Source: Octopus vulgaris
Taxonomy: Eukaryota
NCBI GenBank assembly: GCA_951406725.2
Contig: OX597836.1
Coordinates: 15,934,001-15,998,000 of the forward strand
Direction: 5' to 3'
DNA: 64,000 bases
The translations under genes were made by a program, and so were the position numbers. The notes under the pieces are model-generated. The model did no database searches and was not told the origin of the DNA. It saw only the letters and a list, made by a program, of their open reading frames with translations. Shown piece after piece: positions 42,138 through 56,282 of this stretch (the stretch's first letter is position 1; every line of letters starts with the position of its first letter).

Positions 42138-42370
42138 AAGGTGGCGAGCTGGCAGAAACGTCAGCACGCCGGGCGAGATGCGTAGCCGTATTTCTTCTGT
42201 CATTATGTTCCGAGTTCAAATTCCGCCGAGGTCGACTTTGCCTTTCATCCTTTCAGGGTCGATAAATTAAGTACCAGTTACGCACTGGGGTCGATGTAAT
42301 CAACTTAACCCGTTTGTCTGTCCTTGTTTGTCCCCTCTGTGTTTAGCCCCTTGTGGGTAGTAAAGAAATA
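42138..42370 (+). mobile_element. tRNA-derived SINE, family C
   Basis: AAGGTGGCGAGCTGGCAGAA head, B box GAGTTCAAATTCC, and central GCCTTTCATCCTTTC.GGGTCGATAAATTAAGTACCAG (resembles the Meta/MESC-type domain, recalled and unverified). Other copies: 39725-39938(-), 46968-47550(+), 48598-48815(+), 54956-55590(+, split), 57690-57903(-). Confidence 0.8.
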
Positions 42371-42414
42371 TATATATATATGTACATATCATATATATTT
42401 TTCTCTCTCTGTCT

Positions 42415-42452
<38 letters not shown>

Positions 42453-42592
42453 ACTATATATATGGTCAGGTGTTAAGAAGCTTGCTCCCAATCCACATGG
42501 TTCCAGGTTCAGTTCCACTGTGTGACACCTTGGGCAATAAATATTGATCAGGCTGATAAAGGAAGCAAGGAGTAGGAAAGCCTAAAATTGAT

Positions 42593-42817
42593 TTAACCCT
42601 TTAGCATTAGATTTTTCTATTAAATACAATGCTTATTCATTCACATTATCTAAATTAATCATGTGTTATCTTGTAGGTTCAAGATTTTGAGATGACATGA
42701 TTGTTTATTTTTAGAATGACATTGTAGGGTATGTGTGAGAAGCCAGATCTGGCTGGTTTGAGCATAAAATAAGAATATTTTGGTTGGATATGGTCAGTTT
42801 AAATGCTAAAGGGTTAA
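42593..42817. mobile_element. piggyBac-type MITE, intact
   Basis: TTAA TSDs (42593-42596, 42814-42817) and perfect 12-bp TIRs CCCTTTAGCATT/AATGCTAAAGGG. Confidence 0.88.
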
Positions 42818-43090
42818 TTCTCATGTCTGGAGGGCAAATACCTTCCTTCATCTATATGAAAATCTAAAGAAGAACTCTCTTGTCTGGAGGGCAAATACCT
42901 TCCCTCATCTATATGAAAATCTAAAGGGTTAACTCTCTTGTCTGGAGGGCAAATACCTTCCTTCATCTATATGAAAATCTAAAGGGTTAACTCTCTTGTC
43001 TGGAGGGCAAATACCTTCCTTCATCTATATGAAAATCTAAAGGGTTAACTCTCTTGTCTGGAGGGCAAATACCTTCCTAAATCTATATGG
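42806..43090. repeat. 58-bp minisatellite, 5 units
   Basis: GTCTGGAGGGCAAATACCTTCC at 42825, 42882, 42940, 42998 and 43056. Confidence 0.92.
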
Positions 43091-43262
43091 TGTCCCAGAA
43101 AATCTAAAGAAGAAGCGGGGAAAAGGCATTTACTGAGGTTGATGTAAAAGCCATAGTGAGAACAATGATTGAAAATTAGCTGCAGATGTTTTTTATGCTC
43201 ATCATCAGTTGTCCTGGCAACAAACAAGTCATTGATATATACATAAACCCAGGGTAAACCCT
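43045..43262 (-). mobile_element. Ty3/Gypsy reverse-transcriptase fragment
   Basis: GLPWVYVYINDLFVARTTDDEHKKHLQLIF...GFYINLSKCLF..SSLDFLGHHI, with YIDD decayed to YIND. Confidence 0.88.
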
Positions 43263-44134
43263 GGACTGGCAAAGAACCCCAACGGAAAAAGAACCAGGTT
43301 TACAAATTAAGAATTAGGGTTGATTCGTTCAACGAAGCCCTTCAAGGTGGTGCTCCAGCATGGTCGTAGTCCCATGACTGAAACAAATCAAAGATCAAAG
43401 GCAATGATTTACACCTGGCAGGGAATGGTTCAGTGGTGGTGGTCAGCTTTGTATAATAAAAAGAAGAAAAAAAACCCCAAAATGTGTAGAAAACAATGAA
43501 AATCAAAGTTGCTCACTGTCAGTATTGTTGTGTGTGTGTGTGATGGACGAATAATGATTGTGATAGATGATGAATGATTGTGATAGATGATGAATGATTG
43601 TGATTATTTGCTGCTGATTGAAAGATGCAACAAACAAATTCTAACATCGAAAGAGACTGATATAAAAATGTTGAGGGGGAGGGGGTATGGTGGCGGTAGT
43701 GGTAAGGGCGGTGATAGTGATGATGATGACAATGATGACGGTAGTGGTGGTGGTGGTGGTGGTGGTAGTGGTGATGCTGGTGACAGTGGTAATGATGATG
43801 ATGATGATGATGATGATATATAAATATGTGCGTGCTGTGTGTGTTAGGGTGTATGTTGTCACATGTATAACTTTCATACATATATATATATATATATATA
43901 GTTATACACACATGCACACACACATACACACACAAAACATGGGCATATACGCACGCATGCACACCTATACAGCATAGACAATAATTTATGCCTGTGTGTT
44001 TATGCTTATGTCATGTGGGCCGAATGTAGTGGAGCAGACGTGGAGAGAGAAGGGAGAGAAGGAGAGAGAAAGAGAGATGGGTTGATGGTAGGTGACGATG
44101 ATGGTGGTGGTGGTGGTGGTGGTGGTGGTGGTGG

Positions 44135-44174
<40 letters not shown>

Positions 44175-44915
44175 GACAGAAGAAGAAGGAAGAAGAAGAA
44201 GAAGAAGAAGATGATGATGATGATAATGATGATGATGAGGATGATGATGATGATGATGATGATGAAGAAGAAGAAGAAGAAGAAGAAGAAGAGGAAGAGG
44301 AGGAAGAAGAAGAAGAGGAGGAGGAGGAGGAGGAAGAAGAAGAAGAAGAAGAAGTAGAAGAGGAAGGAGAAGAAGAAGAAGAAGAGGAAGGAGAAGAAGG
44401 AGGAGAAGAAGAAGAAGAAGTAGAAGAAGAAGAAGAAGAAGAAGAGGTGGAGGAAGAGGAAGAGGAGGGGGGAGGAGGAAGAAGAAGAAGAAGAAGAAGA
44501 AGTCAAAACAAATATGAAAGAAGAAAGGAAAAAAAATCAAGAAAGTGAAAGTAAAAGCAAAAATTAGTAAAAAAAAAAGAAGAGGAAAAGAGAAGAATCT
44601 AGAGAACAACAACAACAACAACAACAGCAAATCTAAAATCAGTTTGTAGAGAAGAGGGGGTGAGTGGGGAAAAACAAGCCCATTTAAACATCCAATCGAT
44701 GTTCTCACTAATTGTGAGCAGTATATGCCCTCCCACCCTGCCTACCCACTCCCCCCACCACCACCAGCATCAATGTCGCGGTGACATACAGACGGAAACT
44801 ATTTTAGTCGGACTTCACTGTAAATATGGAAAATGCCAGCAATAATGAAATGATTTTGTTTCACTTTCTGTTGGTGATATGTTTTTTGTAATTCCTGATA
44901 TTGTATATATGTATA

Positions 44916-44953
<38 letters not shown>

Positions 44954-44981
44954 CATACATACACTACATACACACACATAC

Positions 44982-45062
<81 letters not shown>

Positions 45063-45741
45063 CATAAATATAGATATATATGTAGATCATATCGTCTACC
45101 TTAGATACCTGTATGTATGATATTGGCATAGTATGGTGTGGTGTTGTCTGGTTTGGCATAGTATATATATACATTATATGTATGTATATATACACATACA
45201 TTTATGTGTGTATATATGCAATCATATATACATATATATGTGTATGCATGTATGTGTGTATATATAAAGATACATATACATATATATATACATATACATA
45301 TACATACATATATACATACATACATACATATATATACATATACACATACACACACACACATATATACATATATATATACATATATATATATAGCTGATAG
45401 ATACATATAAGAGGGATGACCACTAAGTGGACATCCATTATGCTAGATGTAGACTGGTTTTAAATTGATATTAATCAAATTAATATTCAATTTTTAACCC
45501 TTATTATTTAATTATAACTGATAGATAAATAGATAAATATTGTTTGTTTTTATGTTCATTTATAATAAAAACAATTTTACATTAATCTGATGAGTCAGTC
45601 TGTACTTTTGTAGAGGACAACTTTATTATTCTTATACAAGAATGTTGCTGACAGTGTGACTTTGAAGTTTAGGCCAGTTCAGCTGTCATCAGGATGCCAA
45701 AACTTCAAAGTTACAGTCAACAAAATTCTTGTATAAGAATA

Positions 45742-45790
<49 letters not shown>

Positions 45791-45808
45791 CAGACAGACA
45801 GACAGATT

Positions 45809-45880
<72 letters not shown>

Positions 45881-45928
45881 TAGGTAGGTAGACAGATAGA
45901 TCGATCGATAGATAGATAGATAGATAGG

Positions 45929-45965
<37 letters not shown>

Positions 45966-46539
45966 TGATAGATAGATAGATAGATAGACTGATATGTATG
46001 GGTTTATGTTTGTTCCCAGCATCACTACTTGACAACCAGTGTTGGTGTGTTTACATCCCTGTAACTTAGGTGTTCAGCATATAAAGATCAATACAATAAG
46101 TACCGTCTTTAAAAAAATAAAACCATGAATACTGGGGTCGATTTGTTTGACTAAAACCCTTCAAGGTGGTGGCCCAGGATGGCTGCAGTCCAATGACTGA
46201 AACAAGTAAACGATAAAAGATAGAAGATAAGTGACATATTATTTATTTACTGATGTTTAGGATTAAAGAAATATGATTAAATAACAGGTTATTATTCAAT
46301 GTATTTACTGGAGTCTGGCCTGGGGAGATGTCTAGGACAAGTGTCTTAATCTTTTTGCTTTGTATTCGGTATTAATTATATCTCGATGTCTCTAGTCAGT
46401 TTCAGGATGAATTACAGATTCGTGGATACTACTGGGTTGTGCTTAGGGCATTAGCTGGCCTTAATCTAACTCTCAAGAGAACAACTTATCAGCAAACACA
46501 TCATCATTATCATCATTTAATGTCCATATTCCGTGTTGA

Positions 46540-46930
46540 GTGGAGGCGCAATGGCCCAGTGGTTAGGGCAGCGGACTCGCAGTCATAGGATCGCGGTTTC
46601 GATTCCCAGACCGGGCGTTGTGAGTGTTTATTGAGTGAAAACCCCTAAAAGCTCCACGAGGCTCCGGCAGGGGATGGTGGTGATCCCTGCTGTACTCTTT
46701 CACCACAACTTTCTCTCACTCTTACTTCCTGTTTCTGTTGTACCTGTATTTCAAAGGGCCCGGCCTTGTCACTCTCTGTGTCACGCTGACTATCCCCGAG
46801 AACTACGTTAAGGGTACACGTGTCTGTGGAGTGCTCAGCCACTTACACGTTAATTTCACGAGCAGGCTGTTCCGTTGATTCGGATCAACCGGAACCCTCG
46901 TCGTCGTAACCGACGGAGTGCTTCCATTCC
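46540..46930 (+). mobile_element. SINE family B (tail type 3)
   Basis: Same tRNA head as 15608 with a different 3' half ending (TTCCA)n. Imperfect TSD ATTCCGTG(T/G)TGA. Reverse fragment at 51925-52085. Confidence 0.85.
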
Positions 46931-48864
46931 ATTCCGTGGTGACTTGGGCTGGATGGATGGTTTGATTAAGGTGGCGAGCTGGCAGAAACGTTAGCATGCC
47001 GGGCGAAATGCTTAGCAGTATTTCGTCTGCCCGTTACATTCTGAGTTCAAAGGTCGACTTGCCTTTCATCATTTCAAGGCCGATAAATTAAGTACCAGTT
47101 ATGCACTGGGACCGGGCTCGATGTAATCGGCTTAATCCGTTTGTCTGTCCTTGTTTGACCCCTCTGTGTTTAGCCCCTTGTGGGTAGTAAAGAAATCAGT
47201 ATTTCGTCTGCCCATTACATTCTGAGTTCAAAGGTCGACTTTGCCTTTCATCATTTCAAGGTCGATAAATTAAGTACCAGTTATGCACTGGGGTCGATGT
47301 AATCGGCTTAATCCGTTTGTCTGTCCTTGTTTGACCCCTCTGTGTTTAGCCCCTTGTGGGTAGTAAAGAAATCAGTATTTCGTCTGCCCATTACATTCTG
47401 AGTTCAAAGGTCGACTTTGCCTTTCATCATTTCAAGGTCGATAAATTAAGTACCAGTTATGCACTGGGGTCGATGTAATCGGCTTAATCCGTTTGTCTGT
47501 CCTTGTTTGACCCCTCTGTGTTTAGTCCCTTGTGGGTAGTAAAGAAATAGGATGGTTTGATACGATCCAATGTTTGCATGGTACTGATGGAATTTGCTGA
47601 GGCAGATTTTCTATGGTTGGATGTTGCTAACCCTCACATGACCTTCCTGTTGGTTTTGGATTCAGCCACACACCGTGGCACCTTAGGCCAGTGTCTTATA
47701 CTATAGACTCAGACCAGCCAAAGCCTATGTGAGTGGATTTAGTTGATGGAAGCTGAAAGAAGCCCATCTTACGTATCTATGTGTGTGTGTGTGTGTGTGT
47801 GTGGCCGTAGGGTAAGAAGTTTGCTTCCCAACCATATGGTTCCAGGTTCAGCCCCACTGCATGCCGCCTTGGGCAAGTGTCTTTTACTATAGCCTCGGGC
47901 TGACCAAAGTCTTGTGAATGGATTTGGTAGATGGAAACTGAAAGAACCCCATTATGCATGTATATATAAGTGTGTATGTGTGTTTGCATGTGTATCTTTG
48001 TGGCTGTGTTTGCCCTCCACACACACACACACCACCACCACCACCACCACTTGACAGCTGGTGTTGGTTTGTTTACATTCCTGTAACAGCTCCGCAAAAA
48101 AAATAAACCCAATAGAATAAGTACCAGGACTATAAAAAAATAAGTCCTGCGGTCGATTCATTCAACTAAAAATTCTTCAAAGTGGTGCTCCAGCATGGCT
48201 GCAGTCTAATGAGTGAAGCAAATTAAAGATAAAACGAAAAAGATTTGCAAATGTGCAAGGCCAGTTGCTAGGTATGGTGGGATCTTACAGATGGTTCACT
48301 GCCTTTCTGAAGGTTCACTGCCTTTCTGGAGGTATAGTGTCATTCTGAAAATTCACTGCCTTTCTGATGGCAGGCTCAGGTTGTTTTGACCTTTTATTAT
48401 GGGAGTGTAGATCCAATTATGTTTATGTATCTGCTTTGCAAGATTCCTGGTGTGAAATCATGTGTGGAAACAGATATTGCTATATTTTAGGATAGTTACT
48501 TGGGTTTTTGGGGTCTTTTTTTTTTTTTGCCAAAAAAATAACCCTGCACTATACATTCATTCTCCACTTCAGCTTTATTTATCATTTTTTATTTAATCAA
48601 GGCTGCAAGTTGGCAGAATTGCTAGCATGCCAGGGGAAATCCTTAGCAGTATTTCAGCTGTCACTATGTTCTGAATTCAGATTCTGCCGAGGTCGACTTT
48701 GCCTTTCATCCTATCAGGGTCAATAAATTAAGTACCAGTGAAACACTGGGGTCAATGTAATCGACTGATCCCCTCCCGCAAAATTTCAGGCCTTTTGCCT
48801 TTGGTAGAATGGCATATTCTTATTTTAGTATCCTTAGTCTAAATCAAGGTTCCTCAACCTTTAT

Positions 48865-49330
48865 GGATGAGGACAGTTGTGTAAAGAGGTGCCAAGCTCT
48901 AATTGTGGAGGGAACCTGTTGAATAGGTAGACCCAAGAAGACATAGGACGAAGCAGTGAGAAAGAATCTTCAGACACTGGGCCTCACTAAGGAAATGACA
49001 AGGGGCTGGGAGTTGTGGCAATTTGCTGTACTTGAGAAGATGTGTTAAGCTATGTGAAATCGCAGTCATCCTTACACAACAGGCTTGCCCTTTACAAGTG
49101 CTGGTGCCACTTAAGAAGCACTTGTGCTGGTGCTATCTCAATGCACCCATACTGGTGACATGTAAAAATTACCCAGTACACACTGCAAAGCGGTTGGTGT
49201 GATGAAGGGCATCCAGCCATAGAAACCATGCCACAACAGACTACTGGAGTCCAGAACAGGTCCAGTCAAACCATCCAATCCATGTCAGCATGGAAGATAG
49301 ACATTAAACGATGACGACGACGATGATAAT
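48865..49330 (+). mobile_element. RTE LINE 3' end
   Basis: CVKRCQALIVEGTC*IGRPKKT*DEAVRKNLQTLGLTKEMTRGWELWQFAVLEK followed by the common 3'UTR. Similar copy at 60474-61011 (LGLTEAMAKDRDLWRYAVTAKT). Confidence 0.8.
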
Positions 49331-49609
49331 GATGATGATGATGAGGAGGAGGAGGAGGAGGAGGAGGACGATGATGATGTTGATGATGACGATGACAATG
49401 ATGATGATGATGAAGATGGTGATGATGATGATGATGACGATGATGACAATGATGATGATAACGATGATGATGATGATGACGACGACGATGATGATTATGA
49501 TGATGATGATGATGACGATGATGACGAAGATGATGATGATGACGATGATGATGACGACGACGACGACGATGACGACGACGATGATGATGATGATGATGAT
49601 GACGATAAC

Positions 49610-49661
<52 letters not shown>

Positions 49662-49684
49662 GTGATGATGACGACGACAACAAC

Positions 49685-49732
<48 letters not shown>

Positions 49733-50286
49733 AGTGATGATGATGACTGTAATGACGACGATGATGATGATGATGATGTAAATAAATAATCATTGCAGTT
49801 GTCAGAGTAATCTGATTGCTTAAGAGTTAATGCCCTGAAACTCTTTTCCTATAAAAAAAAAAAAAAGATTTACTGTGTGTCTGTGTCTGTGTAAAAATAA
49901 CATACGTAATTCCACGTTTTTTTCTTAATCACTGTTTTTTCTGTATCTGTTAAAGGCTAAATTTGTCTTAGCATGTGGTTGCTAGTGGATACTGGCTACT
50001 AATGATGCTTGGGAAAGCAGAAAAATGTATTTAGCAATTCCACTGTCACTGCCAGACACTGTTTGTCCACTGACGATACACTTCTATGGTTTTTAACATT
50101 ATACATAATCTTAGAGGTGCAGGCGTGACTGTGTGGTAAGAAGCTTGTTTACCAACCACATGGTTCTGAGATCAGTCCTACTGTGTGACACCTTGGGCAA
50201 GTGCCTTCTACTGTATGCCAGACTGACCAAAGCTTTGTAAGTGGATTTGACAGACAGAAACTGAAAGAAGCCTGTCATGTGTGTGT

Positions 50287-50337
<51 letters not shown>

Positions 50338-50579
50338 TGTGTGTGTGTATGTATGAGTGTGTGTGTGTGTGTGCGTTTGTCCCCACCACTGCTTGTGTTT
50401 ACGGCCCTGTAACTTTGCAGTTTGGCAAAAGGGATCAATAAAATAAGTTTCCCAACCACATGGTTCAGAGTTCAGTCCCACTGTGTGACACCTTGGGCAA
50501 GTGCCTTCTACCTATACGTGAGACTGACCAAAGCTTTGTAAGTGGATTTGACAGACAGAAACTGAAAGAAGCCTGTCGC

Positions 50580-50610
<31 letters not shown>

Positions 50611-51300
50611 TCCCCACCACTGCTTGACAACCGATATTGGTGTGTTTACGGCCCTGTAACTTTACAGTTTGGCTAAAAGGATCAATAAAATAAGTACCTG
50701 GCTTAAAAAAGAAAAACAATAAGAACTGGGTGGTCGATGCATTCGACTAAAAATTCTTCCAGGCAGTGCCCCAGCATGGCCGCAGTCCAATGACTGAAAC
50801 AAGTAAAATATAAAAGGTGTGTGTATATGTGGGTGCATGTGTATGTGTGTATGTGTATGAACATGTATGCTTGTGAAGGTGTGTGTGTGTGTGTATATGT
50901 GCACATGTGAAATGTGTTATGTATGTGTACATGTTTGAGTGTATATGTGTAAGTATTGGGTTGTGTGTGTGGGTGGGTGGTGGGTGAAGGATTATCATTA
51001 ATAAAAAGATTAGTTAATCTAAAATATGAAGATTAAAGCAATTAATTAAAACCATGTAACGATATTGTTTAATTTTTTGTCACTTGGAGTTGATCCTCTT
51101 CAGCATCTCAAGCACCCCCATCCTCTTCTTCTCCGCACACCATCCTGCCTATCAACTAGCAAAGCCATTAGAGAATCTCGTAAAAATACCTTGTGGTATT
51201 TGTTTTGGATCCCTCTGTACTCTTAAATTCAAATTCTGTCAAAGGCAATTTGCTTTTGATCACTTTTTAGACTGAGAAATAAAATACAGGGACGCATTCT

Positions 51301-51345
<45 letters not shown>

Positions 51346-51389
51346 CTTTCACTCTCTCCCTCCCTCTCTTTCTCTCTCTCTTTCTCTCT

Positions 51390-51436
<47 letters not shown>

Positions 51437-52119
51437 TTCTCTCTCTCACTTTCTTCCTACCTCTCTCTTTTTTCTCACTTTATATATATATGTATATATA
51501 TATTTGTCTTTCTTTCTCTGCTTTTCTCTCTCTTCCTTTCATTCTTTCTCTTTCTCCCTCTCTTTTTTACACCTCTCTCCATCCCCCTCACTTCCTCTCC
51601 TCACTCTCTCCCTGTCCCCCTGTCTCTCCCTCTCCCTCCCTCTCCCTCCTTCTTCATTTCTCTCACTCTTCCACTCCCCCTCTTCCCTCTCCTTCTCTTC
51701 TCCTCTCCTTCTCTCCCATCCCCTCTCCTCTTCTCTGTCTACCTCCAGAGAGGAACAGGTTTATAAGTGTAAGACATATCATATTGTCATATGGCACAAC
51801 AGTACCCCTAAAACCCCCATCAGGGGTTGAGGACCTAGTCAAGGCAAGGCTACTATTGACTCTTTGACTTAACTAGGGAGAGCTACTTCTCCCCTTCCCC
51901 TGCTGCCAACCCCGTCACAGCTCAATTATTAATGTGCAAGTGGCTGAGCACTCCACAGACATATGTACCCTTAATGTAGTTCTCGGGGAGATTCAGTGTG
52001 ACACAGAGTGTGACAAGGCTGGCCCTTTGAAATACAGGTACAACAGAAACAGGAAGAAAGAGTGAGAGAAAGTTGTGGTGAAAGATTAATACTAAATCCA
52101 TCTTCTGGTTACTTAAGAA

Positions 52120-52244
<125 letters not shown>

Positions 52245-52684
52245 CTCAACTAACACTAAAGTAGATCCAATGGAAATATACTCAAACTACGGATGACACC
52301 AGGTAGCCCAAACCATGCCAGTGCTTTACTCAACGCATCAACACACTAATTGATATATATCCATTTGTCCAAAATATTAATGCCAGTGCCGCTGGACTGA
52401 CTCCTGTGCAGGTGGCACGTAAGAATCACCATTTTCGAGCGTGGCCGTTACTAGTACCACCAGACTGGCCCTCGTACCGGTGGCATGTAAAAGCACTCAG
52501 TACACTCTCGGAGTGGTTGGCATTAGGAAGGGCATCTAGCTGTAGAAACTCTGCCAGATCAGATTGGAGCCTGGTGCAGCCATCTGGTTCGCCAGTCCTC
52601 AGTCAAATCATCCAACCCATGCTAGCATGGAAAGCGGACGTTAAACGATGATAATGATGTATTAAATATATATATATATTATAT

Positions 52685-52745
<61 letters not shown>

Positions 52746-52755
52746 TATATTATAT

Positions 52756-52813
<58 letters not shown>

Positions 52814-55097
52814 CACCGTGACCACCGTGACCGACCAGGCTATCTATCAGATGTTGCCACACATCACTGGTCACAATGCACTTTGCATTGTTTTAGCCTT
52901 CAAGTGACGCCACCCCGCATCATATATATCTATGTATATATATATGTACATATATAGCCCAAAACCGTTTGATCTGATGATCCCATCATCCGCTAGAAGA
53001 TGGTAGGAGTTCGCTCCCCTGCTTGCAATATATACTGGGTGTAGATTGCATCGATAGCCAGCTGGAGGAGGCTCTTCCTGAGTTTAAAAACGGTAGTGAC
53101 ACCAAACAACCATATTGATATGGCGTTAAACATACACATGCACACACACACACACAACAGGCTTGTTTCAATTTTTGTCTACCAAATCCACTGACGAAGC
53201 TTTGATGAGCCAAGGCTTTAGTAAAAGACACTTGCCCAAGGGGACATGAAGTGGGATTGAGCCTAGGACCATGTGGTTGGGAATCAAACTTCTTACCACA
53301 CAGCCACACCAGCACCTATTTCTTGTTTGTCTTGCCCCAACACCCACCACCACCACCACCACACCATCACCACCACCATCACCACCACCACCACCACCAC
53401 CGCCGCCGCAGCCTCCACCACTACCACCATCACCATCACCACCACCACCACCACCGCCACCGCCGCCACCACTACCACCATCACCACCACTACCACCACC
53501 ACCACCACCACCACCACCACCACCCCACCACCACCACCACCACCACCATCATGACGACGACGATGACAACCACCCCACCACTACCACCCCCACCATTACC
53601 ACCACCACCACCACCACAATTATTCTAACGACCACAGCACCATAATTGCTATAACAACCACAGTACCACTACGACAACAGCAACAACATTTCTACCACCA
53701 CACCACCACTGCCATCAACACCACCACCATCGACACCTCCACTGCCATCACCAAAATCTCCACCACGACCACCACCCTCATGTGAGTCAGTCAACCAACA
53801 TTGGGGTCGTTCTAATTAATCTATTCAACATGCTAACAGGCATATAATGCATTCAGGATGTGTATACAGCGGTGTATACAGCATATTCCATTAAATAACA
53901 CATGCCTACACACATATATGTAAATACATAAATACACATGCTCACACACACACTTATATGTATATATATGTGTGTGTGTGTGTATAAATATACACACACA
54001 CACATATATATATATATGTATATATATACATACATACATATTGTGAGTGTGAATGTGTGTGTGTATATATATACATTTTCATACATATATAAGCACACAC
54101 ATACATATATAAATATACATATGTATGTATGTATAAATGTGTATATATACATATATATGTGTATGTGTATACACACACACACACATATATATATATACAT
54201 ATATATTATGAGTGTGTGTGTATATATATATTTTCATACATATATACACACACACATATACATGTATAAATATACATATGCATGTATGTATAAATGTGTG
54301 TATATACACATAGGAAAATGCTGTTTCATATAATGTCTTGTAAAAGATATTTTGTTAGTAGTTTATGTGTATATAATTATTATTATTATTATCATTGTTA
54401 TCATTGTTAATATATTATTATTATTATTATTTTATTTTTCTATTATAAAGGTGGCAAGCTGGCTGAATCATTAGCAAGCAGGGCAAAATGCTTGGCTGTA
54501 TTCCGCCTGCCTTTATCAGTGGCAAGGCGGGGCTCGTGGGGTCCGAATTGAACCCGCCTCCCCACTCCATCCGTAATGTCCTATCATTCGATTTATTTAT
54601 ATTTTTTGTGAATTTTTAATGTCATCTTTACGTTATATCCATCCATCCGTCCATCTGACCCCAATCAGATTGTATTGTCCCTTATTTATGTTGTCCCCTT
54701 GTGGGAAATAAAAAAAATCACTCTACAACAGACAAATACTAGCCAAAGCATGTAGGCCTTGCTGACCACTAACAAGACTTCACTATTGTAAAACAGCTGA
54801 CTGCTACAGCTTTTCTGTCATGTTCCAAACGACAAATTCGCTGAAAAATAAAATCCATAAGATATCACTTTTTCCTTCAGCTGATTTATTAGATGCATAT
54901 TACACTGTCCAATGAAGGTTAAATAATCTACTATCAATGCTTTTAACCACTGCAGTGGTGGCAAGCTTGGCAGAATCGCTAGCACACTGGGCAAAGTGTT
55001 TAGTGGCATTTTGTCTGTCTTCACAATTTGAGTTCAAATTCTGCCGAGGTCAGCTTTGCCTCTCGTCCTTTCAGAGATGATAAAATAAGTACCAGTT

Positions 55098-55536
55098 TGT
55101 AACAGGATGAAAGGTCTGTAACACTGGAGGGGTACAGCTCTCATCCTTTACATTAAATTATTAATCGAAGGAAAGAGTCAAGACTTCCGATTAACGGTTA
55201 AATTAAAGCGTTACATATTTTATTTCTGGATTCGTAATATATACATTCTTCTTCAGGGCGAATCGGCAGTCTAGGAGCTCATCGCAGTAGTCAAGTGGAG
55301 TGAGCCAGATCCTGTCCGTTCAAGCATAGTGTAGCAATGCCACAAGGTGGCAGCTTGAGAGAGCTGCTAAAACACGACCGTCCTGTTCGGCTGTCAGTGT
55401 TCGAGAGGCCGATACAAGGGAAATTTTGCTGCTACTAGTTTTCTGTGCATGCGCATGAGGAAACTTCCAGCAGGTCTCCCAGAAGAATCCAACTCTGCGC
55501 ATGCATGCTGAAGATTTCCAAGATGGCATCACTACA
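55098..55536 (-). mobile_element. Solo LTR (439 bp), Ty3/Gypsy-type, inserted in a family C SINE
   Basis: TGTA...TACA ends, 4-bp TSD AGTT (55094-55097, 55537-55540), and AATAAA on the minus strand near 55220. The host SINE resumes after the TSD. Confidence 0.75.
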
Positions 55537-55796
55537 AGTTTAATCTTTGGGTCAATGCAATCAGCTTATTTCCTCCCCCGAATTTGCTACCCTTGTCGAG
55601 CCAAGTGAAGTTGTAGTCATGGCCGATGCCAGTGCCGTCTGACCGGCACCTATTCCAGTGGCATGTAAAAAGCACCATTCGAGTGCTGGGCCTCATGGAG
55701 ATTGTGACAGGTGACCAAGACCTTTGGCAATATACTGTGCTGTGTAGATCTGTCAAGCCAGGTGAGACTGTAGTTGTAGCCAATGATGATATTAGG

Positions 55797-56282
55797 TCAT
55801 CATCATCATCATTGTTCGACCGTGGTCGAGACAATGGAATTTACCATGCTACGCCAGACTTCACGGTCCATCGTAGCATTACGGAGGTCCTGATGCTGGA
55901 TGCCTGTATCCTTGGAGATTACATCAGGGTAGGAGAGTGTGCGCCCTATGGGATTGCGAGTAGATGGCTTCCAGAGGAGAAGAGTAGAAATTGCCTCGTT
56001 TTCAGCTCTACAACAATGTCCAGCAAACTGGACTCTCCTACCTTTCACAAGAGATGACACAGGTGGTAGTTTCCCATATATTTGCATTTTGGTTGGATGA
56101 CGCTTCCACGAGAGATTTTGAGCTCTCATAAGAAGGCGAGTGTAGGTTCCATCCAACCGCCTCTCAAGCTTCTTTGATAGCGTCCAGGTTTCTGAGCCAT
56201 ATAGTAGAATTGGTTCGACTGTGGCTTTGAAGATTTCAAGTTTGAAGTCTCTACTTAGATTTGATGACCAGATCTTATGCAT
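55797..56282 (-). mobile_element. RTE/RTE-X-like LINE, 5'-truncated, with open C-terminal ORF and (GAT)n tail
   Basis: KIWSSNLSRDFKLEIFKATVEPILLYGSETWTL...LDGTYTRLL...FAGHCCR...MDREVWR. It splits an RTE 3'UTR copy, with AGGTCA on both flanks. Confidence 0.9.

Noticed and set aside
49906-50084. Minus-strand coding exon ending at AC|GTATGT
   Set aside because: Stops in all three frames. It could only be non-coding.
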